Positions 1 through 11,600 of a DNA stretch of 64,000 nt are shown in pieces. The notes under the pieces were generated by a model. It saw only the letters and a list, made by a program, of their open reading frames with translations, was not told the origin of the DNA and did not search any database. The stretch lies in NCBI RefSeq assembly GCF_009914755.1, contig NC_060928.1; one strand, given 5' to 3'. The stretch comes from the human T2T-CHM13v2.0 reference genome, Homo sapiens. The translations under genes and the position numbers were made by a program. The stretch's first letter is position 1; every line of letters starts with the position of its first letter.

Positions 1-504
1 CCAAGATTAAATTAAAACATTGAATACCAGGTCAATTTCCTGACACACAATATGCAGTCAACGGATGGCAGCTGTGATTATTTTATAATTTTATTTGTCC
101 ATGGAACCAGAAGCCACATCTAACAGTGTCTTATGTGAGTGTAATAATGGTCTTTCCTTACAACTGCAAACTCAATACACTTTCAAAATATTTTCATACC
201 CATTAGCTCATTTTCCCATTTCCCCATTGCTCAAGAGTAGTCAAAGTTGGTGTGACAACTATCACTTTAAAGAAGAAGAAATCAAGGTCTTACAGCCACA
301 AAGTAGAGTCAGAACCAAAACCACAGCCCTCTAACCCCAAGCTCAGAGCTCTACTTTCCCCACCTCACAGACCTGATGCCCAAAACCTGTGTCATCTCTC
401 AGGGTCTCCACTGATAGAGTTCTGTATATTACCAAGTCATAGAGTTATGAAGTTAGAACAGTCATTGGAAATCCCAACCTCTACCCCTCCAGAATTTCTA
501 ACAA

Positions 505-770
505 TATTGTGGTTAAAAGCATAGAATGGAAATTCAGAAAGATGTGGATTAAAATCTATCAATTTTGGGCTTTGTGGCCACAAGCAAATGAAAAATATTG
601 CTGATTTTCATTTTCATAGCTGTGTTATAGAGGTCCTGGAAGTGCCTACCTCTTCTGCTTGTCAAGAGAATTAAGTGTTATAAAGCAATTAGCATAGTTT
701 CTATCACACGGAAACCTCACTGTGCATGGTCCATATTATGGAATTATTTATTGTTGTGATTACTATTATT
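505..770 (+). mobile_element. MIR SINE relic
   Basis: tgtggttaaaagcatag...gagaattaagtg...aaagcaattagcatagt...tattattat follows the MIR 5'/core/3' layout; highly diverged. Confidence 0.55.
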
Positions 771-2362
771 ATAACCTCAGGATTCTGAACCTCCAGTGTT
801 TTCTTCACTACTGCCTGCCTTTTCATACTATAAACTTAAAATCATACACACACACATCCATGTGCCACTGAGACCAGGGACTATCTCTCTTGTCTTTACA
901 CCCACAAATCAATTCATATTTTCTGGATGTCTCAATAACAAATAATTGCTATTCTAAGGCATTAATTTGAAATAATATCCTAAGGGAATAATTACCTTTG
1001 AATTCTGATGTGGGCTTCTCTCCTCTCTCACTGGGAAAGAGACTCTAGCAACTGACGAAGGTGAGGAAGATTTAATCACACATTCCTACTCCATTGAGAG
1101 CTGCTGCTTCTTGTGTTTTTTTTTTTTTCTCTGTGCTTACCGCTTATTTCTTCCACACACCTACTTCAGGCATAGCCAAGAGTAAAGGATAGTGGTGCTG
1201 GATGTGGGCCCCATTAGGGAAGATTTAGGCTTTATCCTTTGTTTGTGTTCTCCACTTGTGATTTGTATTAAATTCACTTTGGGACACATACCACAAGGTA
1301 CAAGAGGGCTTTTTGATTGAAAAGTGAAAGGAGCCTATTAGAAATGTGAAATCATAATTTCTGGAGGTTTGGGGATTTAAAAAAATGTGGACAGCTGCTG
1401 GCTAAAGAACTGAGAAACGTTTAAGTCAGAAAAATATTCTAGGCAACGGAGCCAGAGAACCTAAATCAGTGGCAAATACTGCTAAGCCATCATTACATAC
1501 TAAATAGTTATTAGTCATCTCTTCGTTTTAAACAGAAAGCTTAAGGGTCTGAAGTCCAAAGCTTAGACTCCATTCTTTCTAACAAATCAAAAATCCCATC
1601 CCTTCCAATAACAGAAATCTGCCAAGAGAACATTAAAGGTCACGCTAAACCCACAAATGCAAAGCAATGCAGATTTCAAAGACCTCGAGTGGAAAAATAC
1701 AATTAAAAGTCACCAGCTCATTCTGAGCAGAAGAAAAGCCCGAGAGCTTGATTTAAGGTCAGGAACTCAAGGAGCATTAAAGAAGAGAAGCAGGAACCAT
1801 AAGCCAAGTCATAAGCAAAGTGGCCTGGAAACCCTCAAGCCTGGTGTGAGCCTTCCGCTTTCGGCCCCCCTCGTGGGTGAGTGGGTCACAGCGGGGTTGG
1901 GATGCTGAGTTATCCCGTGGGGCCTATAATGGAAACTACATGTGAGGACCTGGCCTCCAGCGGATGGGCCTGGGCTGCTGGCTCTCACCCAGCTCCGCAG
2001 CGATTTTCCTGTATTACCCTAAACAAGTCATTCACCCTGCCCAACCCTATTTTTGCCTAATTACAAAATAATTTCTTTTAATGAGGCCAAGCTTACTAGT
2101 AAGCCTGTATTCCGTGGTCTGAGGGTTGCTAAGACGGCACCACTGGGACTTTAGGCCCAGCTCCATGATATTTACATCTCCCCACTCTACTTTGCACCAG
2201 TACCTGAAACACCACCATTCCTGAGTATATTTAATCTACAAGCATGCTTTGTGTGCCTGCTTTATGCCAGACACTGTACTAGGAATTAAGTATACAGGGG
2301 TGAGTAAAACAAGCATAGACCCCATGCAGAATATAGCTGGCAGAAACCCACTAAATAGGTAA

Positions 2363-2369
<7 letters not shown>

Positions 2370-2429
<60 letters not shown>

Positions 2430-2470
2430 TATATATAGATATATATACACATATATATATACACACACAC
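2370..2470. repeat. Compound (TA)n(CA)n microsatellite
   Basis: Directly visible: ~23 pure TA units followed by mixed CA/TA. Confidence 0.97.
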
Positions 2471-3531
2471 AGACATGCACTGTAAGGTTAGTGAACAAAG
2501 CACTCTAAGAAATGAGAAGTCTGAGTCTTAATTAAGGTCATTAGAAAAGCCACCAAAAAGATAATCTTTAAGCAGAGATCTGGAAAGATCCAGGAACATA
2601 GTATTCTAAGCTGGAAACTAGCATGTGCTACCCTCTAGGCTAGATGGGAGCTTGATGGAGTCTAGAAATTGAAAAGGAGCTCATTGTAGCTGGGACACAG
2701 TACATGAGATGGAAAGAGACTGAGATCAGGTGAGAGCTGCTTGAGCAGAGATCACATGGGGCTTGGTAGGCCCCGAAAAGGAATCTGGATATTGATTCAC
2801 CCCCAATATGAAGCCATTAAAGAATCTAAGCAACACTCTTCTCTCACTATTAAAATTACTCTGGCTTCAGTGAGGTAGATAGAATGGTGGAAGGCAAAAG
2901 AGGAAACAAGAAACACAGGTAAAATATTTTGCTCCCCTCCCTAGATTATAAGCTCCATGAAGGCAAAGAGTTGCATCAGTTTTATTCAAAATATCTCTGT
3001 GGTTCTTAAAACAAAGATGTCCCAAGAAATTAGCAAGTTCTGATGGTGAATAAAGGCAAAGCCTTACTTAGGATCAATAAGAAAAGTACTCTATGTGGCA
3101 CTGAAAAGACATTCTATCAATAAATATTTACTGATGAAAAAAGAATGAGTAAAGATAACTGTACTCCAGAAGAAAATATTACAGTAGCTTGGATATACTG
3201 GTAAAGTGGAGAGAGCAGGATAAGTAGGCAGATTTGAGATCTATTTTGGAGGCAAATATAAAGGACTTACAGAGCAAATGGATGCAAAGACGGAGAGAGA
3301 AGGACAAATGAAGATCAATACCCTCATTTCTGGCTTGAGCAACAAGGTAATTGGCAAAGGCATTTCCTGGGAAAAGAAAACTTCCTGGGGGACAGGTGGG
3401 TTCGACTATTGGTCTATATCTAGAATCACAATGACTCAGCCTCTACAGACCTGTGTATGTCAGAATAAATGTGTACTGTTACTAAATTTGGGGGCAGTTT
3501 ATCATGCAGCCTTACCATGGCCATAGCTGAC

Positions 3532-3963
3532 TTCTGTGGTTTGGATAACTGATCATTCCAAATATCATGTTGAAATGTAATCCCCAGTGTAGCAGTGTTG
3601 GGAGGTGGGCCCAGTGGGAGATGTGTGGGCCACCGGGGCAAATTTCAAATGAATGGCTTGATGCCATCCTTACATTAATGAATGAATTATTGCTCTATTA
3701 GTTCCTACAATAGCTGGTTGTTAAAAAGAGCCTGGAATCTCCCTGTTTGCTCTCTTGCTTCCTCCCCCACAGTGTTATATCTGCACGCAAAGGCTCCCCT
3801 TCAACTTCTGCCATCAGTGCAAACAGAGGCCTCACCAGAAACAGATGCAGGTGCCATGCTTCTTGTACAGTCTGCAGAACCATAAGCCAAATAAACCTCC
3901 TTTTTCTTATAAATTACTCAGCCTCAGGCATTCCTTTAGAGCAACACTAAATGAAGTGAGACA
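3532..3963 (+). mobile_element. MST-family (MaLR) solo LTR
   Basis: t(t)ctgtggtttgg...catgttgaaatgtaatccccagtg...agccaaataaacctc...gagaca; 5-bp TSD CTGAC (3527-3531)/CTAAC (3964-3968). Confidence 0.88.
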
Positions 3964-4405
3964 CTAACTGAAGCAGGAATCAAAAGATTCAAAAGAAAAT
4001 CATAAGTCCAATATCCAAATGTCAAATTTAGGAGAACTGTGAAACACCCAAGTGAGGATATCAAGTAAGCAATTGGATACACAATTCCATAAATGTACAT
4101 GTATTGAGGGCTCAACTAAAAATAAACTTCTGGAGTTACCAGCGCATAAAGATTATACTTAAAACCAAGAGTACCAGTGAAATCAACTAGGAAGAGGACA
4201 CAGAAATATACAAAAGTGTCTCTATCCCAATCATGAAATTCTTCAACTTTTACAGGTTATGAGAAAGAAATTTTGAAGACAAAGAAGGATGAATCAGAAA
4301 TGAGGCAAGAAAACAGAAAGACATGGGAGCATAGCATCCAAGAAAGGAGATTTTTAAAAAATACATAGCAAATACTCAACTGGGTGAAACACTGATTGAA
4401 GACTC

Positions 4406-5250
4406 TATTAGTTTTCTACTGCTATAACAAATTACCATGAACTTAGGGCCTTAAAACTACAAGAATGTATTTTACAGTTTTGGAGATCATAAGTCTGAAA
4501 TAAGCCTCAATAAACTAAAGTATCAACAAGTATGTGTTTCTTCTGGAAACTTTAAGGGAATGTCAGTTTTCTAATTTTTCTCAGCTTCCAGAAACCACCC
4601 TCATTTCTTGCCTCATGGTCCCTTCTTAAATCTTCAAAGCCAACAGTGTAACAATTTGAAATCTCTCTTGGGCATTGACATGGTTTGGCTCTGTGTCCCC
4701 ATCCAAATCTCATCTTGTAGCTCCCATAATTTCCATGTGTTATGGGAGGGAACCAGTGGGAGATAACTGAATCATGGGTGTGGAACTTTCCCATGATGTT
4801 CTCGCGATAGTGAATAAGTCTCATGAGATCTGATGGTTTTAAAAATGGGAGTTTCACTGCACAGGCTCTCTCTTCGCCTACTGCCATCCATGTAAGACAT
4901 GACTTGCTCCTCCTTTCCTTTCACCATGATTGTGAGGCTTCCCCAGCCACATGAAACTGTAAGTCCATTAAACCTCTTTCTTTTGTAACTTGCCTAGTCT
5001 CAGGTATATCTACAGACTAATACAGGCATCAACAGTGACTTTCCTACCTCTCTTTTTCACATGTAGGGATACTTGTGATTATACTGGGCCCACCAGGATA
5101 CCCCAGGAAAATCTCCCTATCTCAAGGTCAGCAGATTAGCAATCTCAATTCTGTCTGCACCCTTAATTTCCACCTTGCCCCATGCAACATGACATATTCA
5201 CAAGAGATTAGAAAGCAGCCATCTTTGGGAGACCATTATTCTGCCTACCA
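4406..5250 (-). mobile_element. MLT1D-like MaLR LTR, split by THE1B insertion
   Basis: tattagttttctactgctataacaaattacca ... tctcaaggtcagcagattagcaa ... attattctgcctaccac. Confidence 0.82.
4676..5024 (+). mobile_element. THE1B solo LTR
   Basis: tgacatggtttggctctgtgtcccc...cttgtagctcccataat...agactaataca; perfect 5-bp TSD GGCAT (4671-4675/5025-5029). Confidence 0.93.
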
Positions 5251-6056
5251 CTGACACCAAATAAGATGAGCTTTGCTTTTGGGGAAAATGGATAGATGTT
5301 TTAGGGAAAAGTTAAGGCTCCTAGTGTGTTAGTTCCACAGAATATTAAGAGAAGAGCTCAGGCTAACTTTCGGCTCTATATAACTGTGTTTTCTTTTCGC
5401 AGATCCAACCAATTCAATTCTCCCACACCAGTTGGGTATTGTATCATCAAATTTAATTCTGACACTAACTACCCAAAGTTAGCACAGACCCCACAAGTTA
5501 AGGACTCGGTCTCACAAGACTGTCCCTACTTCAGAGCCAGGTGCAAGTGATGTCCCCAGGTTACCCACACTTCTGCTCAATCAACTACAAATTTGTGAGT
5601 GTCTGCAATGCACCCTCAAGTTTTACCATTCTCTAGAACAACTTACACAACTCAGAAAAGTGCTTTACTTACTATTACCATTTATTTTGAAGGACACACA
5701 TGAACAGCTAAGATAAAGAGGCACAGGAGTCATGGTTCAGAAGGGTTCTGAGTGCAAGAACATCTGTCCCTGCAGAATCAGGGAGAGTTACCCTCCCAGT
5801 ATATCAACAACCAGAAAGCCCTTGAACTCTGTTGTTTTCATAAAGGTTTCATTAAAGTGGGTAGGATTGATTAAATCATTACTATTGTTGATTAAACTCA
5901 ATCTCCAGTCCCTCATTTGGGGAGTAGGGCTGAAAGTCCTAACCGTCTAATCACATGGTTGATTTTCCTGGCAATCAATCCCCATCCAAAGCTGTCTAGG
6001 GCCTCCCACCATGAGTTATCTTGTTAGCATACAAAAGACATTCTTATCTCAGTTTT

Positions 6057-7016
6057 TTTTTAATACTTTAAGTTCTGGGATATATGTGCAGAATGTGCAT
6101 GTTTGTTACATAGATATACATGTGCCACAGTGGTTTGCTGCATCCATCAACCCATTAGCTAGGTTTTAAGCCCTGCATGCATTAGGTATTTTTCCTAATG
6201 CTACCCTCCCCTTGCCCCAACCCCCTGACAGGACCCGGTGTGTGATGTTCTCCTCCCCGTGTCAATGTGTTCTCATTATTCAACTCCCACTTATGAGTGA
6301 GAACATGAGGTGTTTGGTTTCCTATTCCTGTGTTAGTTTGCTGAGAATGATGGTTTTCAGTTTCATCCATGTCCCTGCAAAGGACATGAACTAATCCTTT
6401 TTTATGGCTGCATAGTATTCCATGGTGTATAAAGATTTCATATGCTTGTTGGCTGCATAAATGTCTTCGAGAAGTGTCTGTTCATATCCTTTGCCCACTT
6501 TTTGATGGGGTTGTTTTTTTTTTTGTAAATTTGTTTATGTTTTTTGTAGATTCTGGATATTAGCCCTTTGTCAGACGGACAGATTACAAAAATTTTCTCC
6601 CATTCTGTAGGTTGCCTGTTCATGCTGATGATAGTTTCTTCTGCTGTGCAGAAGCTCTTTAGTTTAATTAGATCCCATTTGTCAATTTTTGCTTCTGTTA
6701 CTATTGCTTTTGGTGTTTTAGTCATGAAGTCTTTGCCCATGCCTATGTCATGAATGGTATTGCCTAGGTTTTCTTCTAGGGTTTTTATGGTTTTAGGTCT
6801 TACATTTAAGTCTTTAATTCATCTTGAGTTCATTTTGTATAAGGTGTAAGGAAGGGGTCCAGGTTCAGTTTTCTGCATATGGCTAGCCAGTTTTCCCAAC
6901 ACAGTTTATTAAATAGGGAATCATTTCCCCATTGCTTATTTTTGTCAGGTTTGTCAAAGATCATATAGTTATAGATGTGTGGTGTTATTTCTGAGGCCTC
7001 TGTTCTGTTCCATTGG

Positions 7017-7049
<33 letters not shown>

Positions 7050-7235
7050 TTTGGTACCAGTACCATGCTCTTTTGGTTACTCTAGCCTTGTAGTATAGTT
7101 TGAAGTCAGGTAGCATGATGCCTCCAGCTTTGTTCTTATTTCTTAGGATTGGCTTGGCTATATGGACCATTTTTTGATTCCATATGAAATTTAAAGTAGT
7201 TTTCTCTAATTCTGTGAAGAAACTCAATGGTAGCT
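6057..7235 (-). mobile_element. L1PA8-like 3' segment (non-inverted part of a 5'-inverted L1)
   Basis: polyT + atactttaagttctgggatatatgtgcag; aggttttaagccctgcatgcattagg; ORF2 C-terminal peptides in ORF track ([12 protein letters not shown]...); internal deletion near 6431; TSD ttatc(t/c)cagtttt 6044-6056/8186-8198. Confidence 0.92.
7017..7043. repeat. (TA)n microsatellite expanded within L1
   Basis: Directly visible. Confidence 0.95.
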
Positions 7236-8185
7236 GCCAAAAACTGCCAGAAACACAACAAAAAAAGAAAATTTCAGGCTAATATCCCTGATGAACATTG
7301 ATACAAAAATCCTGAATAAAATGCTGGCAAACTGAATCCAGCACCACTATAAAATGATTAGGAGACAAGAACGTCTTAATGGAAATTAAAAATATGATGC
7401 AAGTCTGGTTCAACCCACACAAATCAATAAACGTAATTCATCACATAAACAGAACCAATGACAAAAACCATATGATTATCTCAATAGATGTAGAGAAGGC
7501 CTTGGATAAATTTCAACTCCCTTTCATGCTAAAAAAAAAAACTCAATAAACTAGGTATTGATGGAACATATCTCAAAATAATAAGAGCCTTTTATGACAA
7601 ACCCATAGCCAATATCATACTGAATGGGCAAAAGCTGGAAACATTCCCTTTGAAAACCAGCATAAGACAAGGATGCCCTCTCTCACCACTCCTATTCAAC
7701 ATAGTATTGGAAGTTCTGGGCAGGGCAATCAAGCAAAAGAAAGAAATAAAGCATATTCAAATAGGAAGAAAGGAAGTCAAATTGTCTCTGTTTGCAGATG
7801 ACAGGATTGTATATTTAGAAAACCCCATCATCAGCCCCAACACTCCTTAAGCTGGTAAGCAACTTAAGCGAATTCTCAGGATACAAAATCACAAGCATTC
7901 CTATACCCCAATAATAGACAAACAGAGAGCCAAACTATGGGTGAACTCCCATTCACCACTGCTACAAAGACAATAAAATACCTAGGAATACAACTTACAA
8001 GGAACGTGAAGGACCTCTTCAAGGAGAACAATAAACCACTGCTCAAGGAAACAAGAGAAGACACAAAGAAATGGAAAAACATTCCATGTTCATGGATAGG
8101 AAGAATCAATATCGTGAAAATGGCCATACTGCCCAAAGTAATTTATAGATTCAATGCTAGTCCCATCAAGCTACCATTGACTTTA
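7236..8185 (+). mobile_element. Inverted 5' segment of the same L1 (ORF2 RT region, decayed)
   Basis: ORF track peptides [33 protein letters not shown] are L1 RT motifs; ends at the sequence where the minus segment stops. Confidence 0.92.
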
Positions 8186-8526
8186 TTATCCCAGTTTTAA
8201 TAGCTCTTCAGCAGGAACCTGGGGCAAACACCAAACATATTTTTTCTTAAATCACTAGGTCTATACTGCACAAAAAGCCTTAGTACTGAAAAATGTCTCC
8301 CTTATATGCAGAATTATATAAGGAACATTTAAGAAATCAGAAAAGCAGACTTAAACCATAAAGAAAGCTCATTTAAGTTACTTCTTTTAATCATCTGTCT
8401 CCAAACATTTGAGAGAAAAAGAAGACAGGATAGAAAAATCAAGATGGACACACACACACACACAAAATGCCTGATACTGGAATACATAGATGATCTACAG
8501 AATATGAGATCTCTCAAAACTATGTA

Positions 8527-8797
8527 TTTTTTTTTTTTTTTGAGTCTCACTCCATCACCCAGGCTGGAGTGCAGTGGTGCAATCTCTGCCTCCTGAGTTC
8601 AAGTGATTCTTGTTCTCAGCCTCCTGAGTAGCTGGGATTATAGGTACATGCCACCATGCCCAGCAAATTTCTGTGTTTTTGGTAGAGATAGTTTCACCTT
8701 GTTGGCCAGGCTGGTCTCCAACTCCTGACCTCAAGTGATCTGCCCACCTCAACCTCCCAAAGTGCTGTGATTACAAGTGTGAGCCACTGTGCCTGGT
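8527..8797 (-). mobile_element. AluS (Sx/Sz-like)
   Basis: Alu body with short internal deletion; perfect 13-bp TSD TCTCTCAAAACTA 8510-8522/8798-8810. Confidence 0.95.
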
Positions 8798-8859
8798 TCT
8801 CTCAAAACTACTTTAATGAGACTTCTCAGAGTCTTTGGGAACAGATTAAATCAATAAAA

Positions 8860-9750
8860 TAATATTAATGGGTTGATATAAAAGGAGTAGGAGATAAGAA
8901 CATATTAATGGAAATTAAAAATATGATAGCTGAAATTTCTTTAAAAATCGGTAGCATGGCCTGAGAAAAATACCACAGAACATAAGGCAGAGAAAAAGAA
9001 AAGAAAATATAAAAGTAAAGTTTTAAAGGATCAGTCCAGAAGGATTGTTACCAAAATGTCAGGGATTTTGTGTAGGTCCTGCTGCTCACTACACAGAAAG
9101 CCAATCACTGAGACAATGAGTATTGCCAGGGAAGAAGGCTTAAATCGGGTGTTGCAGCTGAATAGAATGAGAGATAAAGTCTCAAATCCATCTCCCCAAC
9201 TGATAAAAACTGAGGGGGCATAGCAGAGAAGGCAGGAAAACAAGAATTAAAGAGGGATAAGGAAGCAATCATGAGGGATGAAGCGTCTAGCATCTCATTG
9301 TCTGGATGTGGTGATCTGAAGAGTTTCAGTTGCTTGCTTGAGGGTTAGTTTCCTGAGGAAGGAACTCAGATGAGACCAAAAGTGAGTTTCAAGTTTCAAA
9401 ACCAGGAGTTTCAATTTGTATGTTTATTCAAAAAAGTGTAAATATTAGTTCTATGGATGATTGGGCCAGTTTCAGAATCATCATCTATCCAAAGGAGTTT
9501 TAGAGAAGAGAACAGTATATGAAGGAGATTCTGCAAGACAGCAGGGCAATAACTATAACATTTTAAGGAAAATATTATCTTTAACCCAGATTTTCACACC
9601 TAGACACAATACTTAGTGTGAGAGTAAAATAAAGAAATTTCCAGACAGGAAAGGACTCAGGCCAAAAAATTCTTAATAATGTACTTCAACACAACGAAAG
9701 AAAACGTGAAAAGAGCAACCCATGGGAATAACTCAGGAGTGTGAGTAGAG
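8860..9750 (+). mobile_element. Ancient L1M/HAL1 ORF1-like relic, split by an ERV1 LTR
   Basis: A-rich gaaattaaaaatatgatagctgaa...ggatcagtccagaagg and aacccagattttcacacctagacacaa resemble old L1 ORF1 sequence. Confidence 0.45.
9046..9474 (-). mobile_element. ERV1-class solo LTR (MER31-like)
   Basis: TG...CA termini; taggtcctgctgctcactacacagaaagccaatcactgagac; 4-bp TSD GGAT/GAAT. Confidence 0.75.
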
Positions 9751-9779
9751 CCTGTAGTCTTTATCTGTTCTGAGGCAAA

Positions 9780-10128
9780 CAGTGGATCCATTTTCTGTCA
9801 TCTCTCCATCAAGGTAGGCCATGTGACTGCTCTTGACAATGGAATATGATCAGAAGTCACAAGTGCCACTTCTAGCCAAAGAAGATTAAAAGCATATGTG
9901 CTTTCTGCATTGCCTCCCTTTTCCACTGGATGATTGCAGAGATGAAGGCAGACTTAGAAGATAGCTCACTCACCTGATGGAAATCTCCGTTTCAGAGTGT
10001 CTGAATGGAGAGGAACTTCCTTCTGGTTCTAGGTGGACTGGGATAGGAGTGGAAAAAAAAGTAGACTTCTTATAAAATTAAGCATCTGAAATTTGGAGAT
10101 GCTACAACATTTAAACTAGCCTGATTAA
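9780..10128 (+). mobile_element. LTR16-like ancient ERVL LTR
   Basis: ggtaggccatgtgactgctcttgacaatggaatatgatcagaagt...ccacttc; 3' attaagcatctgaaatttggag. Confidence 0.55.
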
Positions 10129-11236
10129 TAAATAATTAAATGGGAAGAAATTCTGGAAAAAGAGCTCTGCAGCAGGCTCATAAAGCACTAAATCCAAATT
10201 TGAATGTAATTCAGGGCACCCTAATGGTTTAATCTCTAAGAAGGAAGAAGACTATTAAATATTTAATAATAGAATTGAAAAGTCAGGAAATCCTATGGGC
10301 TTGGTAGAAAAAGTGTGTGTTTCTTTTGTCAGCAAGTGAAAAACAGCAATCAGAATCAACAAGAAAAATTAAAGGATGTATAAGAACATCATTGTTCAAG
10401 TGGAAAGCAAACTAAAATGTGATATGATATTGAGCAATTAGAAGAAAGGAGAATCCATTTAAATTTATTAACATTGGAAACATTCTCTGTCAATCCTAAA
10501 GAACATAGGATTACATTCTTTCACTGTGATTACAAACCTATCACTTGCTCCTAAAGCATCTTTGCAATTCTTACATTGACATTATCATAATATTATAAAG
10601 ACTGTTTGTTTTCAAACTTTTAGCATCATTTTTCTAAAAAGCAAAAAATAAAACAAATATAATCACAAAACAGAATTTAAATATTAACATTCTGATACAG
10701 GATAAATAATTGTATAGCTGAAACAACTTCGGAAATACAAAGGAGAAGAGAGGTCAGTAGTTGTGCTGTGGCCCTAACTTCCCTATTGGAAGTAATGAGG
10801 AATCAAGATATACTCTCTAAATTTGATAGAGCAAGAAACACAATTTTAAATATACTATTTAACAAAACTGGGAAGTAGTGTATGTGAGCCCAGTCCTATT
10901 TGTCAAAGCAAAGAGTCAACAGATACGTCAAGAAATATACAATAATGTACTGTTTAATATTACCTTAGCAACCATTAGAAGAAATAAAAGCATATGTAAT
11001 CCTACTAAGAAATGGGACTCACAAAGGAGGGTATAAATAGGGACTGAAGAAATGTTAATTTTTTACTTACTACTGACTTTCAATTATTCAAAGAATGTGC
11101 ATATATTATTTTTATAGTGCTATCAACTAATACTCTACAAGGAGGAAGCAAAACAGATGTAAGTGGCCGGCGGCGGGGATCGGGGGCAGGGGGTGGTGGT
11201 GGGTAAAGATTTTGGAATGTCGAATCATTTACTTGA

Positions 11237-11600
<364 letters not shown>

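Larger units (their letters stand above)
2225..4400 (-). mobile_element. L2 LINE relic (fragmented; interrupted by microsatellite, a + strand L2 3' end at ~2935-3150, an MLT fragment and an MST LTR)
   Basis: tgcctgctttatgccagacactgtactagg start; gagatctattttggagg, tttctggcttgagcaac, acacccaagtgaggatatcaagtaagcaattggata are typical antisense L2 motifs. Confidence 0.65.
5325..8240 (-). mobile_element. MER21-like LTR, split by L1 insertion (pieces ~5325-6056 and ~8186-8240)
   Basis: aattctgacactaactacccaaagttagcacagaccccacaagttaaggactcggtctcacaagactg; resumes after L1 as agctcttcagcaggaacctggggcaaacaccaaacatattt. Confidence 0.7.

Noticed and set aside
1110-1300. Long pyrimidine tract with possible acceptor at ...ctacttcAG (1169)
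   Set aside because: No convincing matching donor; T-tracts are common in this background
2236-2498. ORFs rich in YI/CV repeats
   Set aside because: Translation of the (TA)n(CA)n microsatellite
6182-8200. ORFs with reverse-transcriptase motifs (QGCPLSP, FADD, YLGI)
   Set aside because: Short frameshifted fragments of a truncated, inverted L1 ORF2; not a functional RT gene
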